Origin: an uncultured delta proteobacterium
Lineage (GTDB): Bacteria; Myxococcota; Myxococcia; Myxococcales; Myxococcaceae
Assembly: GCA_963776345.1 (NCBI GenBank)
Contig: CAVZMH010000014.1
Span: forward strand, 32,001-96,000
Length of the DNA: 64,000 nucleotides
Reading direction: 5' to 3'
Below, piece after piece: positions 59,144 through 64,000 of this stretch (its first letter is position 1; each line of letters starts with the position of its first letter). The notes beneath the pieces were generated by a model. The model did no database searches, was not told the DNA's origin, and was given only the letters and a program-made list of their open reading frames with translations. A program made the position numbers and the translations under genes.

Positions 59144-62100
59144 ATGGCCGCGCCGCAGATCCCGCTCCAGTTCGCGTCCGCGGCGGACGCGGTCGACCCC
59201 GCACTCGCCGCGTTCCATCCGCTCGTCCAGCGCTGGTTCCGGTCGACGCTCGGGCAGCCCTCCGAGCCGCAGAGCCGCGGGTGGCCCCGCATCCTCGCCG
59301 GCGAGGACGTGCTGCTCGCCGCGCCCACGGGCTCCGGCAAGACGCTCTCGGCGTTCCTCGCCGCGCTGGACCGGCTCCTGCGGCTCGCGCTCGAGAACCG
59401 TCTCGAGGACCGGACCTCGGTGGTCTACGTCTCGCCGCTGAAGGCGCTGGGGAACGACGTCCAGAAGAACCTCCTCGGTCCGCTGGAGGCCATCTACGAG
59501 CTGGCGGCAGCCGAGGGGCTCCTCCCCGAGCCGATCCGCGTCCAGGTGCGCACCGGGGACACCCCGGCCAGCGAGCGGGCGCAGATGCTCCGCCGTCCTC
59601 CGCACGTCCTCATCACCACGCCCGAGTCGCTCTACCTGGTGCTCACCGCGGCGCGTGGCCGCGAGACGCTCCGGCACGTCGACACGGTCATCGTGGACGA
59701 GATCCACGCGCTCGCCCGGGACAAGCGGGGCAGCCACCTCGCGCTCTCGCTCGAGCGGCTCAAGGCGCAGGTGCGGCGCCGTCCCCAGCTGATCGGCCTC
59801 TCCGCCACCCAGAAGCCGGTCGAGACCTTCGCCTCGTTCCTCACCGGCCGTCCCGAGGGGTGCGCGGTGGTGCAGGTGGGGCACCTCCGGAAGTGGCAGC
59901 TCTCGCTGGAGACGCCCGAGGACGCGCTGAGCGCCGTGGCCACCCACGAGATGTGGGGCCAGGTCTACGACCGGCTGGTGCAGCTGACCTCCGAGCACCG
60001 GACCACGCTCATCTTCACCAACACCCGCAAGCTCGCCGAGCGCGTGGCCCACGACCTCGGAACGCGCCTCGGTCCAGGGACGGTGTCGGCGCACCACGGG
60101 AGCATGGCCCGCGAGCTACGGCTCGCCGCGGAGGAGAAGCTCAAGCGGGGCGAGCTCCGGGCGATGGTGGCCACCGCCTCGCTCGAGCTGGGGATCGACA
60201 TCGGGGCGGTGGACCTGGTGGTGCAGCTCGGCAGCCCGCGGGGCATCGCGCTGTTCCTCCAGAGGGTGGGCCGGGCCGGTCACTCCCTGCACGGGGTGAG
60301 CAAGGGCATCCTCTTCGCCCTCACCCGCGACGAGCTGGTGGAGTGCACGGCGCTGCTCCGTGCGGTCCACGACGGCGAGCTCGACGCGGTGCGGATGCCC
60401 GAGGCGCCGCTGGACGTGCTCGCGCAGCAGATCGTCGCCGCCTGCGCGGTGGATGCCTGGGACGAGCGGGCGCTCTACTCGCTGGTGAAGCGCGCCTGGC
60501 CGTACCGCGACCTCGGCTGGGAGACGTACGCCCAGGTCCTCCAGATGCTCTCCGAGGGCGTGAGCGAGCGGCGCGGCCGGATGCGCGTCCACCTCCACCG
60601 TGACCGGGTGAACCACGTGCTCCGGGCGCGAAAGGGCGCGCGGCTCACGGCGCTGATGAACGGCGGTGCGATTCCCGACACGTTCACCTACCCGGTGGTG
60701 GCCGAGCCCGACGGGCGGCAGGTGGGGACGCTCGACGAGGACTTCGCGGTGGAGACGATGGCCGGGGACGTCTTCCTGCTCGGGAGCACCAGCTGGCGGG
60801 TGCAGGGACTCCGGGGTGGGGTGGTGCGCGTCGAGGACGCCCGGGGCGCTCCGCCGAGCGTGCCCTTCTGGAGAGGCGAGGCGCCGTCCCGGACGGACGA
60901 GCTGTCACGCGAGGTGGGCCGGCTCCGCGACGAGCTGCTCGAGCACCCCTCGCCGGCGGAGTGGCTGCAACGGCTCGGCCTCGGTCCGCGGGACGGCGAG
61001 TCGCTCTCGGAGTACCTGCGCGCGAGCCATCGGATCCTGGGGGCGCTGCCCAGCGCGCGCATGGTCATCGCCGAGCGCTTCTTCGACGAGGCCGGCGGGA
61101 TGCAGCTCATCCTCCACGCCCCGTTCGGCGGGCGCATCAACCGGGCCTGGGGGCTCGCGCTCCGCAAGCGCTTCTGCCGCACCTTCGACTTCGAGCTGCA
61201 GGCCGCGGCGACCGACGACGGCATCCTCCTCTCGCTGGGAGAGCAGCACAGCTTCCCGCTCGCGGACATCTTCGAGTTCCTGCACCCGGACACGGTCGAG
61301 TCGGTGCTGGTGCAGGCGGTGCTCCAGGCGCCGCTGTTCGGGACCCGGTTCCGCTGGAGCGCCACGCGGGCGCTCGCGCTCTCCCGTTACCAGAGCGGCG
61401 GCCGCGTTCCGCCCCACATCCAGCGGGCGCGGGCGGAAGATCTCCTGGCGGCGGTGTTTCCCGCGCAGGTGGGCTGTCAGGACAACCACGGGGGCGCGGA
61501 GATCGAGCCGCCCGACCACCCGCTGGTGCGCGAGGCGCTGCGCGACTGCCTCACCGAGGCGCTCGACGTCGAGGGCCTGAAGAACGTGCTGCGGGCGCTG
61601 CGGGCGGGGGAGATCCGGACCCTGGCGCGGGACCTGCCCGAGCCGTCGCCGCTGGCCCACGCACTCCTGAACTCCCAGCCGTACACCTTCCTGGACGAGG
61701 CGCCGCTCGAGGAGCGCCGGGCCCGGGCGGTGCAGGTTCGCCGCGCGTTGCCGGCCGAGGACGCCGCGGGGCTGGGGGCGCTCGACGCTTCCGCCATCGA
61801 GCAGGTCGTCGCCGATGCCCGGCCGCTGGTCCGTGACGCCGAGGAGCTCCACGACTGGCTGCTCGCGGCGGTGCTGGTGCCGGCCGAGGGCGTTCCGTCG
61901 CACCTCCTGGAGCCGCTCGTCGCCACCGGTCGCGCCGCCACTCTCCACGTCGGATGGTAACGAGGTGCTTGGCACCGCAGGTAACGAGGTGCTGTCCGGC
62001 GGTAACGAGGTGCTTGGCACCGCGAGGGAAGGGCGCGCCTTCGTCGTCTGCGCGGAACGGATCCTGCACGTGCTTGCCCTCTTCCCGGGTGGCCGGGTGG

Positions 62101-63473
62101 TCCCTTCGCTGTCGCCGCTGGCTGGCGATGCTCCCGTCGAACGGGAAGCTGCGGCCCTGGCCGTGGTGCGTGGTCGGATGGAGGTCGCCGGTCCGGTGAC
62201 CGTGGCCGGCCTCAGCCTCGCGCTCGCGGTTCCCCCGGAGGACGTGACCCTTGCGCTGCACCGGCTCGAGTCGGAGGGGCAGGTCCTGCGGGGCACCTTC
62301 CGGCCCGGCGCGCAGGAGCTCGAGTGGTGCGATCGCCGGCTGCTCCAGCGCATCCACCGCCTGACCGTGGGGCGGCTACGCCGCGAGATCGAGCCGCTCT
62401 CGGCACAGGACTTCATGCGGTTCCTCTTCCGGTGGCACCACCTCGAGCCCAGCGACGCGCTGGGCGGTCAGGGCGGTCTGCTCCGGGCGGTGTCGCTGCT
62501 CGAGGGCTGGGAGGCGCCGGCGGCGGCGTGGGAACAGGTGCTGCTCCCGGCCAGGGTTCGCGGCAACGTGCCCGAGCTGCTCGAGCGAGCTTGCTGGGCC
62601 GGCGACGTCGCCTGGGGCAGGCTGAGCCTGCGCGAGCCTCGGGCCGTCGGCCCGCGACGCGGGGCAGAAGCCGAGCCGGTGGTTGCGCGGGCGATGAAGC
62701 CTGGCCGGACTGCCACGCTGACCTTCGTCCGACGCTCCGAGCTGGAGACCCTGCTCATGGCGGCGCGCGGCGATGCGTCGGACGGCTGGCCCGACGACCT
62801 GGGTGACGGGAGCCGCGCCGTGGCCGAGGTGCTTGCCCGGCGGGGGGCGTGCTTCTTCACCGAGCTGGTGTCCGGCACCGGCCAGCCGGTCGAGGCGGTG
62901 GAGAACGCGCTCTGGGACCTGCTCGCCCGGGGGCTGGTCACCGCGGATGCCGTGGACAACCTACGGGTGCTGCTGAGCCCGAAGCGCCGGCGCCAGCAGC
63001 GAGCGCTGAAGCGTGGTGGGCCCGGTCGGTGGTCGCTGCTCCGCGCCGCGGCGGAGGCGAGCGAGGAGGAACGGCTGGCCTGTCTCGGTCGGCTGTTCCT
63101 GGCCCGCTGGGGCATCGTGTTCCGGGACCTGGTGGTGCGGGAACCGCTGAGCCCGCCCTGGCGAGAGCTGGTCCGCCACTACCGTCGGCTCGAGGCTCGG
63201 GGCGAGATCCGCGGTGGCCGGTTCCTGGCCGGGGTCGCTGGAGAGCAGTTCGCGCTGCCGGACGCGGTGGAGGTGGCGCGGACGATCCGGAGGTCCCGGC
63301 CTTCCGGCCAGCGGATCGAGGTGGCGGCGGTGGACCCGCTGAACCTGACGGGCATCGTGACCCCGGGCCCGCGGATACCGGCCGTGCTCGGACAGAAGGT
63401 CCTCTACCTCGACGGCGTCCCCCAGGCGCCTGACTGCACCCCGGTGGAGCCCGAACCCGCCCTGGCGTCCTGA
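59144..63473 (+). CDS. lhr: Lhr-family large SF2 helicase; frameshift near 61952 beside a REP insertion
   Basis: APTGSGKT, DEIH, SAT, HHGS, QRVGRAGH, GGAIPD; C-terminal part (LEARGEIRGGRF..G..GEQFA) in the next frame. Confidence 0.92.
61956..62021 (+). repeat. Intragenic REP triplet in lhr
   Basis: GGTAACGAGGTGCT at 61956, 61980, 62001; translates as GNEVLGTAGNEVLSGGNEVLGT. Confidence 0.93.
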
Positions 63474-63482
63474 CGAGGTCCT

Positions 63483-63508
63483 GACGAGGTGTCAAACACC
63501 TCGTTACC
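63483..63508 (-). repeat. REP flanking the RAYT gene
   Basis: GACGAGGTGT-CAA-ACACCTCGTTACC; perfect 9-bp stem, about 50 nt upstream of the transposase. Confidence 0.92.
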
Positions 63509-63559
63509 CTCGTTGGCCCGCCTCGTGCTGGGGGTCCTCCCCAAAAGGGGGGAACGCGA

Positions 63560-64000
63560 ATGGGTCGGCCACTCCGCGACTTCGTAGCTCTCGGAATCTA
63601 TCTCGTGACTGCCCGCTGCTTTCAGCGGCGGTTGCTGCTCCGTCCGTCCAAGGAGACGAACGCAGTCCTTGGCGGTGTACTGGCGCGCGCCGCGCGTCTC
63701 TACGGTGTGGAGCTCTTTGCGTTCAATTTCGCCTCGAATCACATGCACCTTGTCGTCCGCGCCCCGCGCGGGAATCTGCCGCGGTTCATGCAGTACCTCA
63801 TGACGAACATCTCGAAGAAGGTGGGCGCGCTCGTCGGATGGCGAGGGGCGTTCTGGGAACGTCGGTACTCCGCCGCGCCGATCCTCGACGATGCGGCTCT
63901 GCTCGAGCGAGTCGGATACGTGATGGCCCACGGCGTGAAGGAGGGGCTGGTCCGCCTTTGCTGCGACTGGCCCGGCCTGAGCTCCCTCGAGATGATGCTC
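63560..64000 (+). mobile_element. REP-associated tyrosine (Y1 HUH) transposase, RAYT-like, 3'-truncated
   Basis: Absent from the ORF track; manual translation MGRPLRDF...YLVTARCFQRRLLL...SNHMHLVV...FWERRYS...GYVMAHGVKEGLV...DWPGLSS gives HUH, W..RY and catalytic Tyr motifs. Confidence 0.88.

Noticed and set aside
63404..63931. Minus-strand 175-aa ORF
   Set aside because: Shadow of the plus-strand transposase.

Overview
High-GC Myxococcota-like chromosomal window. Housekeeping backbone: end of the carotenoid operon (crtYc/crtYd/acyltransferase/carA), a propionyl-CoA carboxylase / methylmalonyl-CoA mutase cluster, prmA, rsmE, an M16 peptidase, hemW, a Ser/Thr kinase, a TonB-dependent receptor plus lipoprotein, a NatAB-like ABC transporter and Lhr helicase. 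Highlights: (1) an sdpC-sdpA-sdpB-like cassette inside the pcc cluster, whose SdpC-family precursor carries 18 tandem copies of a 9-aa unit (GNLPVA[D/G]VR) where a single toxin core is expected, a candidate multi-core peptide system, with a CPBP protease downstream; (2) a RAYT-type HUH transposase at the right edge with its own REP family (GGTAA-CGAGGTGY-TTG-RCACCTCG) at six loci, forming direct tandem arrays, one lying in frame-preserving units inside lhr; (3) two related 60-80 bp AT-rich palindromes 24 kb apart; (4) a secreted protein resembling the plant EDR4/XLG shared domain. Several single-base frameshifts in G/C runs are probably sequencing errors. All family assignments come from motif recognition, not database searches.
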